Shown one piece after another: positions 21,073 to 31,033 of a stretch of 64,000 nt of DNA. The position numbers and the translations under genes are program-made. Position 1 is the stretch's first letter. Each line of letters begins with the position of its first letter. The notes beneath the pieces were generated by a model. The model saw nothing but the letters and a program-made list of their open reading frames with translations, had not been told where the DNA came from and did no database searches. The DNA is from an uncultured Acidobacteriota bacterium (GTDB taxonomy: Bacteria; Acidobacteriota; Thermoanaerobaculia; Multivoradales; UBA5704): NCBI GenBank assembly GCA_963700145.1, contig OY969474.1, positions 2,112,001-2,176,000 of the forward strand, read 5' to 3'.

Positions 21073-22461
21073 CTAATCCGTGTAAAAACCCGCGTCCTTG
21101 TACTCCTTGAGCTTCCGCTGCAGGGTACGCAGGCCGATCCCCAAGAGGTCGGCGGCCTTGGCGCGGTGGCCGGCGGTGCGGGCGAGGGTCTCGAGGATCG
21201 CCTGGCGCTCGATCTCCTCCATCGTGCGCGTGCCGCCGACCGCCGACTGTACCCGCCCGCCCGCCGCCGAGACGGTGGCCGCGTCGCGCACCTCGGCGGG
21301 CAGGTCCACCGGCTCCACCACGTCCCCCTGGTGGAAGACGACCACCGACTCGATCACGTTCTTGAGCTGGCGCACGTTGCCCGGCCAGGGGAAGCGGGCG
21401 AGAAGCTCCAGCGCCTCGGGGGCGAGGCGCTTGGGGGGCTTCCCGTGCTCCTCGGTGAAGAGCGCCAGGAAGTGCTCGGCCAGGAGCGGCACGTCCTCCG
21501 GCCGCTCGCGCAGCGGCGGGATGCGCAGCGTCACCACCTTGAGCCGGTAGTAGAGGTCCTCGCGGAACTTCCCCTCCGCCACCACCCGCTCGAGGTCGCG
21601 GTTGGTGGCGGCGAGGAGGCGAAAGTCGACCGGGATCACCTCGCCACCGCCGACGCGCATGATCTGCCGCTCCTCGAGGACGCGCAGGAGCTTGACCTGG
21701 AGCTCGGGGTAGAGCTCGCTGATCTCGTCGAGGAAGAGGGTGCCGCGGTGGGCGAGCTCGAACTTGCCGATCTTGCGCGCGATGGCGCCGGTGAAGGAGC
21801 CGCGCTCGTGGCCGAAGAGCTCGCTCTCCAGGATGTCCGGGGGGATGGCGCCGCAGTTGATGGCCAAGAAGCGCTCGTTGCGCCGCGGGCTGGCGCGGTG
21901 GATCGCCGCCGCGACCAGTTCCTTGCCGGTGCCGCTCTCGCCGACGACCAGCACCGTCGACCGCGTCGGGGCGACGAGCTGCATCTGCTCGAAGAGGCGC
22001 TCCATCGGCGCCGAGTGGCCGATGATGCTCTCGAAACCGTAGCGCTTGTCGAGCTGCTGGCGCAGGCTGGTGACCTCCTCGCGCAGCTGCTGCTTCTCGA
22101 TCAGGTTCATCACCCGCTGCCGCAGCTCGTAGAGGTCGACCGGCTTGGTCAGGTAGTCGTCGGCGCCGACGCGCATCGCCTCGACCGCCGACTCGATCGA
22201 GCCGTAGCCGGTCACCAGGACGACCGCCAGCTCGTCGCCGCGCTCGCGCACTTCCTGGAGGAAAGCGAGGCCGTCCGTGCCCGGCATCCGCAGGTCGCAG
22301 ACCGCCAGCCGCGCGCCTTCGTTCTCCGCCAGGTAGTCGAGCGCCTTGCGCGCGTCGTCGAAGGTGCGCACCGCGAGCCCCGCCTTCTCGAGGGCGATCG
22401 CCATCGACTCGCGCGAGCCGCTCTCGTCGTCGATGACGAGAACGAGGGGTTTCTCGGCCAT
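21073..22461 (-). CDS. Sigma-54-dependent (NtrC-family) response regulator
   Basis: REC domain (IDD, DLRMP, KP), GESGTGKE, GSFTGA, FLDEI, WPGNVRQL, Fis-type HTH. Confidence 0.95.
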   Translation of the reverse strand: MAEKPLVLVIDDESGSRESMAIALEKAGLAVRTFDDARKALDYLAENEGARLAVCDLRMPGTDGLAFLQEVRERGDELAVVLVTGYGSIESAVEAMRVGADDYLTKPVDLYELRQRVMNLIEKQQLREEVTSLRQQLDKRYGFESIIGHSAPMERLFEQMQLVAPTRSTVLVVGESGTGKELVAAAIHRASPRRNERFLAINCGAIPPDILESELFGHERGSFTGAIARKIGKFELAHRGTLFLDEISELYPELQVKLLRVLEERQIMRVGGGEVIPVDFRLLAATNRDLERVVAEGKFREDLYYRLKVVTLRIPPLRERPEDVPLLAEHFLALFTEEHGKPPKRLAPEALELLARFPWPGNVRQLKNVIESVVVFHQGDVVEPVDLPAEVRDAATVSAAGGRVQSAVGGTRTMEEIERQAILETLARTAGHRAKAADLLGIGLRTLQRKLKEYKDAGFYTD

Positions 22462-22495
22462 GCCGAGCCATTTTGGCACAAGGAGAGGGGAAGGC

Positions 22496-23746
22496 TCAGC
22501 CCGGGTAGCGGACGACCATGACCGTGCGGTCGTCTTCCTGCGGCGTCTCGCCGTCGAACTCCTGGACGCTCCGGAAGATGGCGTCGACGATCGCCTCGGC
22601 GGACTCGGCGCGCCGCTCGGTGGCGACGCGCAAGAGGCGCGCGACGCCGAACTCCTCCATCTTGCCGTCCTCGCCCCGGCCGCGCGCCTCGACGATGCCG
22701 TCGGTGTAGAAGACCAGCGTGTCCCCGGGCTTCATGATGACGAAGCCGCGCTCGTAGCTGGCGTGGGCGAGCGGCCCGAGCACCGGGCCCCCCTCCTCGA
22801 GGAAGCGCACGGCGCCGTCGCGCGCCAGGTGGAACGGCGGCGGGTGGCCGGCGTTGACGTAGATGAAGACGCCGTTCGGCTCCAGCTCGCCGTAGAACAT
22901 CGAGACGAAGCGGCTGGTCAGGGTGCTCTGGTGGATGATCTTGTTCATCCGCTCGACGGTGCGCACGATCTTGAAGTCGCGCGCCAGCCCCATCCGCAGC
23001 CCCATGTAGACGTCGCGCACCTGCAGCGCCGCCGGCAGGCCGTGCCCCGAGACGTCGGCGATGGTCAGGCCCAGGATCTTCTCGGTCACCGGGATGTAGT
23101 CGTAGTAGTCGCCCCCCACCTCCTCCATCGACTCCGAGCGGCCGCAGAGGTCGAAGTCGCCGTACTCCGGCACCCGCCGCGGCAGGATCGAGGCCTGGAT
23201 CTTCCGCGCCTCCTCGAAGATCCCCTGCATGCGGTCGCGGCGAATCTTCTGGTTGATCGAGTGGCGGAGGATGCCGAGCGAGAACAGGACGTCGTCGGGG
23301 TGGTGGCCGGGGCGGACGTCGAAGGCGAGGATGTACTCCTCGTCGCCGACTTCGATGGCGGCGAAGTCGCCGGCGCCGAGCTGCTCCTCGAGGCTGCGGT
23401 CGACGTGCGGGTCGTCGGGGCCCATGTAGACGGCGCCCTGCTCGAGGAGGAGCTTGATCGGCCGGTAGCTGACCGGGATCTTGAGTCCCGCCGGCACCTC
23501 CTTGGCGTCGCCGAAGGTGCCCTGCAGCACGTAGGAGCGGCCGCTCCGCCGGTAGAGCCGCCCGCCGTAGATCCCCAGCTCGTCGCGGAATTTCTGGACG
23601 ATCGTGGCGACGATCGACTGGATGGTCGCACCGGTGTCCTCGCCGCGGTCCATGACCGCGACCACCTGCTCGACCTTCTTCATCAGCCCCCGATAGTCGA
23701 CCGGGGGGGCGTCGGTGGTAATCAAATGCGCTCTCCTGGCGTTCAA
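22496..23746 (-). CDS. PP2C/SpoIIE (RsbU-like) phosphatase with N-terminal GAF-like region; start uncertain
   Basis: VGGDYYD, ADVSGHG, NAGHPPP, YTDGIVEA, DDRT. Confidence 0.9.
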   Translation of the reverse strand: MNARRAHLITTDAPPVDYRGLMKKVEQVVAVMDRGEDTGATIQSIVATIVQKFRDELGIYGGRLYRRSGRSYVLQGTFGDAKEVPAGLKIPVSYRPIKLLLEQGAVYMGPDDPHVDRSLEEQLGAGDFAAIEVGDEEYILAFDVRPGHHPDDVLFSLGILRHSINQKIRRDRMQGIFEEARKIQASILPRRVPEYGDFDLCGRSESMEEVGGDYYDYIPVTEKILGLTIADVSGHGLPAALQVRDVYMGLRMGLARDFKIVRTVERMNKIIHQSTLTSRFVSMFYGELEPNGVFIYVNAGHPPPFHLARDGAVRFLEEGGPVLGPLAHASYERGFVIMKPGDTLVFYTDGIVEARGRGEDGKMEEFGVARLLRVATERRAESAEAIVDAIFRSVQEFDGETPQEDDRTVMVVRYPG

Positions 23747-23777
23747 GGATAGCGGAGGGAGCCCTGGTGTAGCATCA

Positions 23778-23997
23778 GTGCAACCAGCGGAAACAGAAAC
23801 AGGGGCCGCGAAGGCGGCGAAGACCTACCGCCAGGGAGCCAAGCTCCGCCAGAAGGGAGAAGACCACCGACGCGGCGGAGCGCGAGGCGCTCTACAAGCA
23901 CGAGGCGCTCAAGGCCTGCAGCATGGCCAAGGCCCTGAAGCCGCGCAACGAGAAGGCCAAGAAGTGCTTCACCGACGCCGGGGGCGTGGAGGGCTAA
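23778..23997 (+). pseudogene. Frameshifted small ORF remnant
   Basis: Coding-like codons AAKTYRQGAKLRQK, then a shift to EKTTDAAEREALYKHEALKACSMAKALKPRNEKAKKCFTDAGGVEG*. Confidence 0.4.
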
Positions 23998-24099
23998 CCG
24001 CCGTAGCGGCCCGTCCGCCGATTCGGGCGGCCGGTTCGCCGATCCGATCTCTCCTCGGCCGCTGGCGTGGGGTACCAATGCGGCGAGGAGGAGACCGAG

Positions 24100-25296
24100 A
24101 TGAAACGAACCCGAGTCTGGCTGTGCGCGGCGGTCTTGCTGGTGGGCTGGACGATCACGCTGCCGGGAGCCGCGCGGGGGGACGGCGCGCTCCTGATCGA
24201 CGACTTCGAGGACCGCGACCTGGAGGCGGCGCCGGGCGTGTCGTGGATCGTCATCGGCGACGAGCTGATGGGCGGCGAGAGCACCGGCCGGCTCGAGATC
24301 GTCGCCGGCGGCGGCAGCCGCGGCGCGCTCGCCTTCGCCGGCGAGCTGGTGCCGGGCGCGCGCGGCGCCTTCACCGGCGCCTGGACGGCGATCGGGGCGG
24401 CGGGGGCGCCGCGCGACCTCACCGGGTACACCGGCCTGCGCTTCCGGACGCGCGGCACTCCCGGCCGCTACACGGCCGGCGTGCGCGGCGCGGGCAGTCT
24501 GGGCAACTTCATGGCACCGTTCGAGGTCGGCGCCGAGTGGCGGGAGGTCGAGCTGCCGTTCGCCGACCTGCGGCCCCTGCCGCCGCCGCCGCAGGAGGTC
24601 GCGTGGAGTGCCGCCGCCCTCGCCTGGATCGGCGTCTCGGCGGCCGCCGCGCCGGGCGCCCCGAGCGGCTTCCGGATCGAGCTTGACGACGTCGCCTTCG
24701 TGCCGGCCGCGGTGCCCACCCCCATGGTCGCGAAGACCGCGCTCGCGGACGCCGGGCCGCTCGCGGCCCTCGCCTGGCGCCCGCTGGTCTCCGATCCGGC
24801 CGGCGACGGCACCGCGCCGCGCCTGCCCGACGCGGCGGCGCTCGCCTGGGCGGCCGACGCCGAGGGCCGGGTGTGGTTCCGCCTCGGCCTCCACGGCCCG
24901 CCGCCGGAGAAGTGGCTGGGCCTCAACGTGGCCCTCGACGTGGACGGCGATCCCACGAACGGCACCGCCTGGTGGGGCGCCAACAAGGCCTTCCACTTCG
25001 ATCGGCTGGTCACCGCCTACCTCTGGCCCGGCGCCGGCTACTGGCAGGGCATGCTGGGCGTGGCGGACGCCGAGGCCGTCGGGCGCATGGTCATGGACGA
25101 CGTCAGCCGGGACGTGCGGGTGGCGGTCGACCGCGACGGGCAGGCCCTCTTGGTGGGCGTGCCGGCCGCCGCCCTCGCCGGCGGCCGCACGACGCGGCTG
25201 ATCGCCACCGTCGGCTCGCCGATGACCTGGAACGACGACCTGCCGGACAGCGGCGCGGCCGAAGCGGATCTGCCGGCCGGCCCCGGCGGCCGCTGA
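24100..25296 (+). CDS. Secreted protein with CIA30/carbohydrate-binding-like domain
   Basis: Signal peptide; LIDDFED, DELMGGES, DLTGYTGLRFR, WREVELPFADL. Confidence 0.7.
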   Translation: MKRTRVWLCAAVLLVGWTITLPGAARGDGALLIDDFEDRDLEAAPGVSWIVIGDELMGGESTGRLEIVAGGGSRGALAFAGELVPGARGAFTGAWTAIGAAGAPRDLTGYTGLRFRTRGTPGRYTAGVRGAGSLGNFMAPFEVGAEWREVELPFADLRPLPPPPQEVAWSAAALAWIGVSAAAAPGAPSGFRIELDDVAFVPAAVPTPMVAKTALADAGPLAALAWRPLVSDPAGDGTAPRLPDAAALAWAADAEGRVWFRLGLHGPPPEKWLGLNVALDVDGDPTNGTAWWGANKAFHFDRLVTAYLWPGAGYWQGMLGVADAEAVGRMVMDDVSRDVRVAVDRDGQALLVGVPAAALAGGRTTRLIATVGSPMTWNDDLPDSGAAEADLPAGPGGR

Positions 25297-25347
25297 CGGC
25301 AAGCGGCGCGGCCGCCGGCGGATCGGCGGGATATCGTCGCCACGACG

Positions 25348-26517
25348 ATGGAGCGGCCCGCCGGCGGCCCGACCCCGCGCCTGGATCAGAGCCCGGCGCG
25401 AAAGCACCTTGCCTGGCTCTATCCCCTGGCCTGGCTGCCGTACCTGGCGCTCTACTGCGTGGCGCTGGGCTACGGCCTGGCGCTCGATCCCGCCCTCGCC
25501 CTCCTCGCCGCCGCCGCCAACGTGCTGCCGCCGGCCCTGCTCGGGGTGGCGGTCCTGCGGCTCTGCGCGCGGCTGCCGTGGGACCCGCGCCCGAGGCGCG
25601 AAGGCTTTCGCGCCGGGCTCGGTCGGCGGCGCTTCTTCGCCGTCCACGCCGGGCTCGCCCTCCTCTACGCCGGCCTCTCGGTGGCCGGCACGTGGGGCCT
25701 CTTCCAGATCGCCGACCGGGTGCGCAAGGGCACTTGGTCGGGCGGTTCCTACGACGTGCGGGTGGCCGCCTGGCAGTTCTTCATCGGCCTCCTCCTCTAC
25801 GCGCTCCTCGCCAGCCTGGCCTACGCCGCCGCGCTGGTCGTCCGCCTGCGCGACGAGGAGGCGCGGCTGGCGCGGCTCGCCGAGCTCCAGACCCGCGCCG
25901 AGCTCAAGGCGCTGCGCGCCCGGCTCGACCCGCACTTCCTGTTCAATACGCTGCACAGCCTGCTCGCCCTGGTGCGCCGCGACCCGCGCGCCGCCGAGGA
26001 GGCGCTGGAGCGCTTCGGCAGTCTCCTGCACTACGTGCTGCGCGGGCAGGAGGAGGGCGAGGAGGTCCGCCTGGTGGAGGAGTGGAGCTTCGTGCGCGAC
26101 TACCTGGAGATCGAGGCCCTGCGGCTGGGCGAGCGGCTGCGTGTCGAGGCGGCGGTCGACGCCGACGCCGGCGCCTGCCTGGTGCCGGCCTTCACGCTCC
26201 AGCCGCTGGTCGAGAACGCGATCCGCCACGGCATCGCCACCCGCGCCGGCGGCGGGCGCCTCTCGGTGCGCGCTTCGGTCGCCGGCGGGCTCCTGCACGT
26301 CGAGGTGGCCGACGACGGCCCCGGCGCCGAGCCGGACGAGGTGAGCGACGGCGGCCACGGCCTCGCCCTGGTCCGCGACCGCCTGCGCGCCGCCCACGGG
26401 GCGCGCGGCGAGCTGGCGGTGGAGACCGCGCCGGGGGCGGGCTTCGTCGTGCGGCTGCGGCTGCCGGCCGTGCCGTCTACGGCACTGGAGCTACCGGCGC
26501 CGGAGGCCGAGGCGTGA
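25348..26517 (+). CDS. LytS/YehU-type sensor histidine kinase
   Basis: TM helices, DPHFLFNTL, LQPLVENAIRHG, DDGPG. Confidence 0.92.
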   Translation: MERPAGGPTPRLDQSPARKHLAWLYPLAWLPYLALYCVALGYGLALDPALALLAAAANVLPPALLGVAVLRLCARLPWDPRPRREGFRAGLGRRRFFAVHAGLALLYAGLSVAGTWGLFQIADRVRKGTWSGGSYDVRVAAWQFFIGLLLYALLASLAYAAALVVRLRDEEARLARLAELQTRAELKALRARLDPHFLFNTLHSLLALVRRDPRAAEEALERFGSLLHYVLRGQEEGEEVRLVEEWSFVRDYLEIEALRLGERLRVEAAVDADAGACLVPAFTLQPLVENAIRHGIATRAGGGRLSVRASVAGGLLHVEVADDGPGAEPDEVSDGGHGLALVRDRLRAAHGARGELAVETAPGAGFVVRLRLPAVPSTALELPAPEAEA

Positions 26518-27248
26518 GGGTGCTGGTCGTCGAAGACGAGGTGCTCGCGCGCCGCGAGCTGCGGCGGCTGCTCGAGGAGGCGGGCGGCCTGGAAGTGGTG
26601 GGCGAGGCGGCCGACGGCCGCAGCGCGGTCGAGCAGATCGACGCGCTGCGCCCCGAGGTCGTCTTCCTCGACGTCCGCCTGCCGGAGCTCTCGGGCCTGG
26701 AAGTGCTGGAGCGCGTCACGCATCGCCCGGCGGTCGTCTTCACCACCGCCTACGACCGCTACGCCGCGGCCGCCTTCGAGGTCGAGGCGGTGGACTACCT
26801 GGTCAAGCCGTTCGGCCGCGCGCGCCTGGAGGCGACGCTGGAGCGGGTGCGCCGCCGCCTCGCCAGCGGCGCCCCGGCGGCGCCGAGCGCCGCCCTGCGC
26901 GAGGGCATGGGCGCCTGGCCGCTGCGCCGCCTCTTCGCGCGGCGCGGGGACCGCATCGTGCCCCTGCCGGTCGAGCGCATCGACCGCATCGAGGGGGCCG
27001 ACGACTACGCCGTCGTCTGCTGCGCCGGCGAGCGCCACTTGGTGGCGCTGCGCATCCGCGACCTCGAAGAGCGCCTGGACCCCGAGCGCTTCGTGCGCAT
27101 CCACCGCTCGCACATCGTCAACCTCGACCGCGTCGCGGCGCTGCAGCCCTTCGACGAGCACCGCCTGGCGGTGCGCCTGACCAGCGGCGAGACCCTCGTC
27201 GCCAGCCGCGCCGGCTCGGCCCGCCTGCGCCGGCGGATGAGCGGGTGA
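26514..27248 (+). CDS. LytTR family response regulator
   Basis: REC domain (VEDE, FLDV, TTAYD, KPF); LytTR motif FVRIHRSHIVN. Confidence 0.93.
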   Translation: MRVLVVEDEVLARRELRRLLEEAGGLEVVGEAADGRSAVEQIDALRPEVVFLDVRLPELSGLEVLERVTHRPAVVFTTAYDRYAAAAFEVEAVDYLVKPFGRARLEATLERVRRRLASGAPAAPSAALREGMGAWPLRRLFARRGDRIVPLPVERIDRIEGADDYAVVCCAGERHLVALRIRDLEERLDPERFVRIHRSHIVNLDRVAALQPFDEHRLAVRLTSGETLVASRAGSARLRRRMSG

Positions 27249-27287
27249 GCACGCGCACCGACGTCTCCGTGCTAGCATTCTGCAGTC

Positions 27288-27515
27288 ATGGCGACTCTCA
27301 CGATCCGCAACCTCCCGTCTGAGACCGTCAGCTCGCTCAAGGAGCTCGCCCGCCGTAACCATCGCTCGATGGAGCAGGAGGTCCGCGAGATCCTCGAGCT
27401 CCACGTCGGCGACCGCCTATCGGCGATCGAGCAGATCGAGCGGGCCTGGGCGGAGCAGAGTCGGACACCCTCGGCCGAGGAGATCGAGTCCTGGATCCAG
27501 GAAGGGCGCCGCTGA
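27288..27515 (+). CDS. FitA-like RHH antitoxin
   Basis: MATLTIRNL...RNHRSMEQEVREIL. Confidence 0.88.
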   Translation: MATLTIRNLPSETVSSLKELARRNHRSMEQEVREILELHVGDRLSAIEQIERAWAEQSRTPSAEEIESWIQEGRR

Positions 27516-27928
27516 GAGCGGTCGTCGACACGAACGTCGTCGCCTACTTCCTGCTCGGCACGGAGCCCTTCAAGGAGGAATGCGACGCCTTCTGGCGCGC
27601 TGTCGAGGAGCCGCTGGCCCCGGCTTCCTGGGAGGCCGAGCTGACGAACGTGCTCTGGATGGCGGCGAAAGCCCGGGTCGTCGATCTCCCGGGAGCGGTC
27701 AGGCGCCTCGACCTCGCCCGGTCGCTCGGCGTCTTGTCCGTCCCGGTCCCGAGCCTCTGGCACGGTGCCCTCCTGCGCGCGCACGGTTCCGGTATCGCGG
27801 CCTACGACACTCTCTTCGTCGAGCTCGCGGAGCGCGAAGCCCTACCGCTAGCGACGTTCGACGACGCGGTTCTGCGCGCTTTTCCTGCGGTTGCGAATCG
27901 TCCCCGGAGCCTCCTGCAGACCGGCTAG
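27512..27928 (+). CDS. VapC/FitB PIN-domain toxin (apparent CTG start)
   Basis: LRAVVDTNVV, EAELTN, AYDTLFVELA, LATFD; frame begins at CTG overlapping the antitoxin stop. Confidence 0.8.
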   Translation: MRAVVDTNVVAYFLLGTEPFKEECDAFWRAVEEPLAPASWEAELTNVLWMAAKARVVDLPGAVRRLDLARSLGVLSVPVPSLWHGALLRAHGSGIAAYDTLFVELAEREALPLATFDDAVLRAFPAVANRPRSLLQTG

Positions 27929-27941
27929 GGACACCTGGCCT

Positions 27942-28057
27942 GCTCAGCCGTTGTCCACCAGCCATGACGATGCGGTCCTGGGCTTGGCGGGCGTCGGCGG
28001 CGCTGCGGGCCTGGTTACAGAGGATCGAGAAGGTCGAGACCTTGCCGGAGATGGCCT
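27942..28057 (-). repeat. Diverged duplicate of dacB 3' end (direct repeat of 29565-29682)
   Basis: GCTCAGCCGTTGTCCACCAG...AGACCTTGCCGGAGA matches 29565-29682 with a 2-bp deletion and several substitutions. Confidence 0.92.
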
Positions 28058-28128
28058 CCAGACGGACGGCGTCGAACATCACTCGACGAAGCGAAGCTCT
28101 CCACCGCGAGGAGCGGCTGGCATCCTCT

Positions 28129-28770
28129 TCAGTTGCTAGCCTCCGCAGTCGCCGCAACCTTATTCCTGTGGATGGCATGAAGCAGCGCAGAAAGACCCCC
28201 TGTATAATCTGAGCGGAAGTCTGCGTACACGCGATCCGATAGCTCCGCTGGAGGATGATCACCTTTGTAGAGAGCGGGGAGGATAAGCGGGCGGCCGCGG
28301 CGCTTTTCCTCTAGGAGCGCCATCTTCAACTCCGTCTGAAACCACTTTGATCCGATAGCTTCTGGTGACAGGACAGCCACAATCCACTGGCTCGCGTCCA
28401 TTGCCTCCTCGAGTTTAGCAGAGAGTCTATCGCCTACGGTAATCTCACGCTCGTCAAACCAGACTGGGATATCACGTCTCTCTAGATCTGTTACGAGCTG
28501 CCGAGCGAACTCTCGATCAGCCGCTCCGTAGGTCAAAAACACTCTAGGATGTTTCTGGAGTTGACGAGTAATCATTTCCAGGCGATTCAAACTCTTGTCT
28601 ATGTTATTCGGACTGAGTTCCACCTTCATCGGGCCAATTTCAACTGTGTACTTTCCTCTTCGCAATTTGAACCAGTAATCTAGAGCGGACATGAGTATGC
28701 CTGCGAGAGCCGCTCCCGCAAGAGCAAGGGCAACTGCTGTGAATATTTCCGCCATGTATTTAGCCTTCAA
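28129..28770 (-). CDS. Membrane-anchored TIR-domain protein (low GC)
   Basis: N-terminal TM helix; RVFLTY, VWFDEREI..GD, VLSPEAIGSKWFQTEL, YADF. Confidence 0.9.
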   Translation of the reverse strand: MKAKYMAEIFTAVALALAGAALAGILMSALDYWFKLRRGKYTVEIGPMKVELSPNNIDKSLNRLEMITRQLQKHPRVFLTYGAADREFARQLVTDLERRDIPVWFDEREITVGDRLSAKLEEAMDASQWIVAVLSPEAIGSKWFQTELKMALLEEKRRGRPLILPALYKGDHPPAELSDRVYADFRSDYTGGLSALLHAIHRNKVAATAEASN

Positions 28771-29336
28771 AGGACGTTGGCAACTACAAGGAAGCTCGAA
28801 AGCAAGACCAAGAAGCCCAGGCTATTACCGAGTACCATCCACATGTTCTGACCTAGCCATCCTCTCTGGAACAAGTCGGCCAGCTTAGACGCCTCTACAC
28901 TTTCAATCCGGTCCCCATGGAAGTGCTTGAGAATGATTGAGAGGAAAAGCAGGACGAGATGTACGAATAGCAGCGCCAGCCAAATACCAATGGCCCGATC
29001 TGTAGCTTGTGTATTCCAGCGCTGGAAAAACGGAAAGAGTGAGTGGTTTGCCATCCACAGCCCAAGTATCGCAAGGTCGAGACCTATCGCTACAGCCGCC
29101 AGATCAGCGCCCCATGCCAAGCTCGCCACTTGACGTGCGCGAATCCGAAGCAGTTCGTCTTTCACGCGTCCCATTGGATCGCCTGTCGCTGCTGCTGTTT
29201 CGACCGCTCTCCGAATGCTGGCGACTCCTCGCGTCAGCAAGATAAGCCTACCTGCGATCCAATCTGCAAGGATTGTCGCCAGGGTTATCAGGAGTGTCCA
29301 GAGGATGCTGATCCAGAAGTCAAACATGGTATTCAC
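28767..29336 (-). CDS. Hypothetical multi-pass membrane protein (low GC), coupled to the TIR gene
   Basis: About 4 hydrophobic helices; 4-bp overlap with the TIR gene. Confidence 0.7.
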   Translation of the reverse strand: MNTMFDFWISILWTLLITLATILADWIAGRLILLTRGVASIRRAVETAAATGDPMGRVKDELLRIRARQVASLAWGADLAAVAIGLDLAILGLWMANHSLFPFFQRWNTQATDRAIGIWLALLFVHLVLLFLSIILKHFHGDRIESVEASKLADLFQRGWLGQNMWMVLGNSLGFLVLLSSFLVVANVL

Positions 29337-29566
29337 AAATGCCAGAGTAACGCAGGTAGCAGCTGTCGGTAGGCCGGCTGGAGCCTCTCTACGCCAGGGA
29401 ACTTCCTAGGCCTGTTCGATGCGCGGCACTTTGTCGAGGAGTTCGCCCGCATGGCAAGCGTTGGAGAAGGCATTGGTCTGACTCTTAAGCCAGAGTCAAA
29501 GTATACACCGAGATCTCCTCAAGAGGCTATTAGAGCTTCGGCGATAGGCCGACGTTTTTGCGCCGC

Positions 29567-31033
29567 TCAGCCGTTGTCCACCAGCGCCATGACGATGCGG
29601 TCCTGGGACTGGCGGGCGTCGGCGGCGCTGCGGGCCTGGTTGCAGAGGATCGAGAAGGCGTAGACCTTGCCGGAGACCGCCTTGGCGTAGCCGGAGAGGG
29701 TGGAGACTCCGTCGAGGGTGCCGGTCTTGGCGTAGACGTTGCCGGCGTAGGGCGCCTCGGCGAGGCGCTTCTTCCACGAGCCGTTGTCCTCGCCGCCGTA
29801 GGGCATGGACTGGACGAACTCCGTCCCCGCCGGGTGGAAGTACATATGGCGCAGCAGCGTCGTGAGCTGGCGCGGGCTGAAGCGGTTCTCGCGGCTCATG
29901 CCCGAGCCGTCGCTCATCACGAAGCCGGCGCCCGGCGCCACGCCGATCGACGCCAGCCACTCCTCCACCGCCTTGACCCCGGCCTGCCAGCTCCCCTCGC
30001 CGCAGCGCTCGGCGGCGAGCAGCTTGAGCAGGCTCTCGGCGTAGAAGTTCTGGCTCCGCTTGTTGGTGACGCGGATCGCCTCGACGAGGTCGCTGCGGTG
30101 GACCGCCACCCGCTCCCAGAGCGGCCCCGGCAGGCGCTCGACCGGCACCAGTCGCCCGCGCAGCTCCACCCCCTCGCGCGACAGCGCGTCGCGCAGCCCG
30201 GCGCCGAACCAGGCCACCGGGTCCGGCACCGTCACCCAGGTCTCGACCGGCCCCGAGCCGTACCAGATCCGCCCGCCGACCTCGATGACGCCGCCCTGGC
30301 GGTCGATGTGCACGAACTGGCCGCGCGCCGAGGGCGTCGTGCGCGCCGTGTTCTCGATCGGCAGGAGCGGCGCGGGCGGCACCAGCTCGACGCGCGGCGG
30401 CCCGCCCAGCGTCCCCGGCCAGACCCGCACCAGGACGCAGTTGTCGCTGAACGAGAGCCCGTCGACCGGCGCCTCGTACCAGCGGGTGAGCTGGTCGCGC
30501 GGCCAGTCGGGGTGGACGGCGAGGCCGTCGAAGAGGCCGTGGTCGAGGAGCAGGTCGCCCTCGACCCGCGCCACGCCGCGCTCGCGCAGCGCCGCCGCCC
30601 ACTGGCGGAAGACGGCGTAGGGGTCGCCCTCGAAGCTGCGCCCCGAGATCTGCGGGTCGCCGCCGCCGACGACGCCGAGGTCGCCGCGCAGCACGCCGTC
30701 GGCGACCGTGCCGCGCAGCAGCAGGCGGGTCTCGAAGAGGTAGCCGGGGCCGAGGGCGTCGAGGACGGCGGCGGTGGTGAGGAGCTTGGTGTTGGAGGCC
30801 AGGATGCGCGGCTCGTCGGCGGCCCAGGCGTAGACGGTCTCGCCGCTGTCGAGCTCGACGACGTGGACGCCCAGGGCTGGTGCGGTGCCGCGGGCGGCGC
30901 GGACCTGGCCGTCGAGAGCGGCGGTGAGGCGGGGGGCGAGAGGGGTATCGGATGTCGGAGCCGCCGCGGCCGCGGCCACGGCGAGCAGAGGCGGCAGGAG
31001 CGCCAGCCGCCAGCTTTTCCTCCGGTGCGTCAC
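29567..31033 (-). CDS. dacB: D-Ala-D-Ala carboxypeptidase/endopeptidase (PBP4, S13)
   Basis: ASNTK (SxxK), GGGDP, SQN (SxN), DGSGMSR, KTG. Confidence 0.93.
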   Translation of the reverse strand: MTHRRKSWRLALLPPLLAVAAAAAAPTSDTPLAPRLTAALDGQVRAARGTAPALGVHVVELDSGETVYAWAADEPRILASNTKLLTTAAVLDALGPGYLFETRLLLRGTVADGVLRGDLGVVGGGDPQISGRSFEGDPYAVFRQWAAALRERGVARVEGDLLLDHGLFDGLAVHPDWPRDQLTRWYEAPVDGLSFSDNCVLVRVWPGTLGGPPRVELVPPAPLLPIENTARTTPSARGQFVHIDRQGGVIEVGGRIWYGSGPVETWVTVPDPVAWFGAGLRDALSREGVELRGRLVPVERLPGPLWERVAVHRSDLVEAIRVTNKRSQNFYAESLLKLLAAERCGEGSWQAGVKAVEEWLASIGVAPGAGFVMSDGSGMSRENRFSPRQLTTLLRHMYFHPAGTEFVQSMPYGGEDNGSWKKRLAEAPYAGNVYAKTGTLDGVSTLSGYAKAVSGKVYAFSILCNQARSAADARQSQDRIVMALVDNG

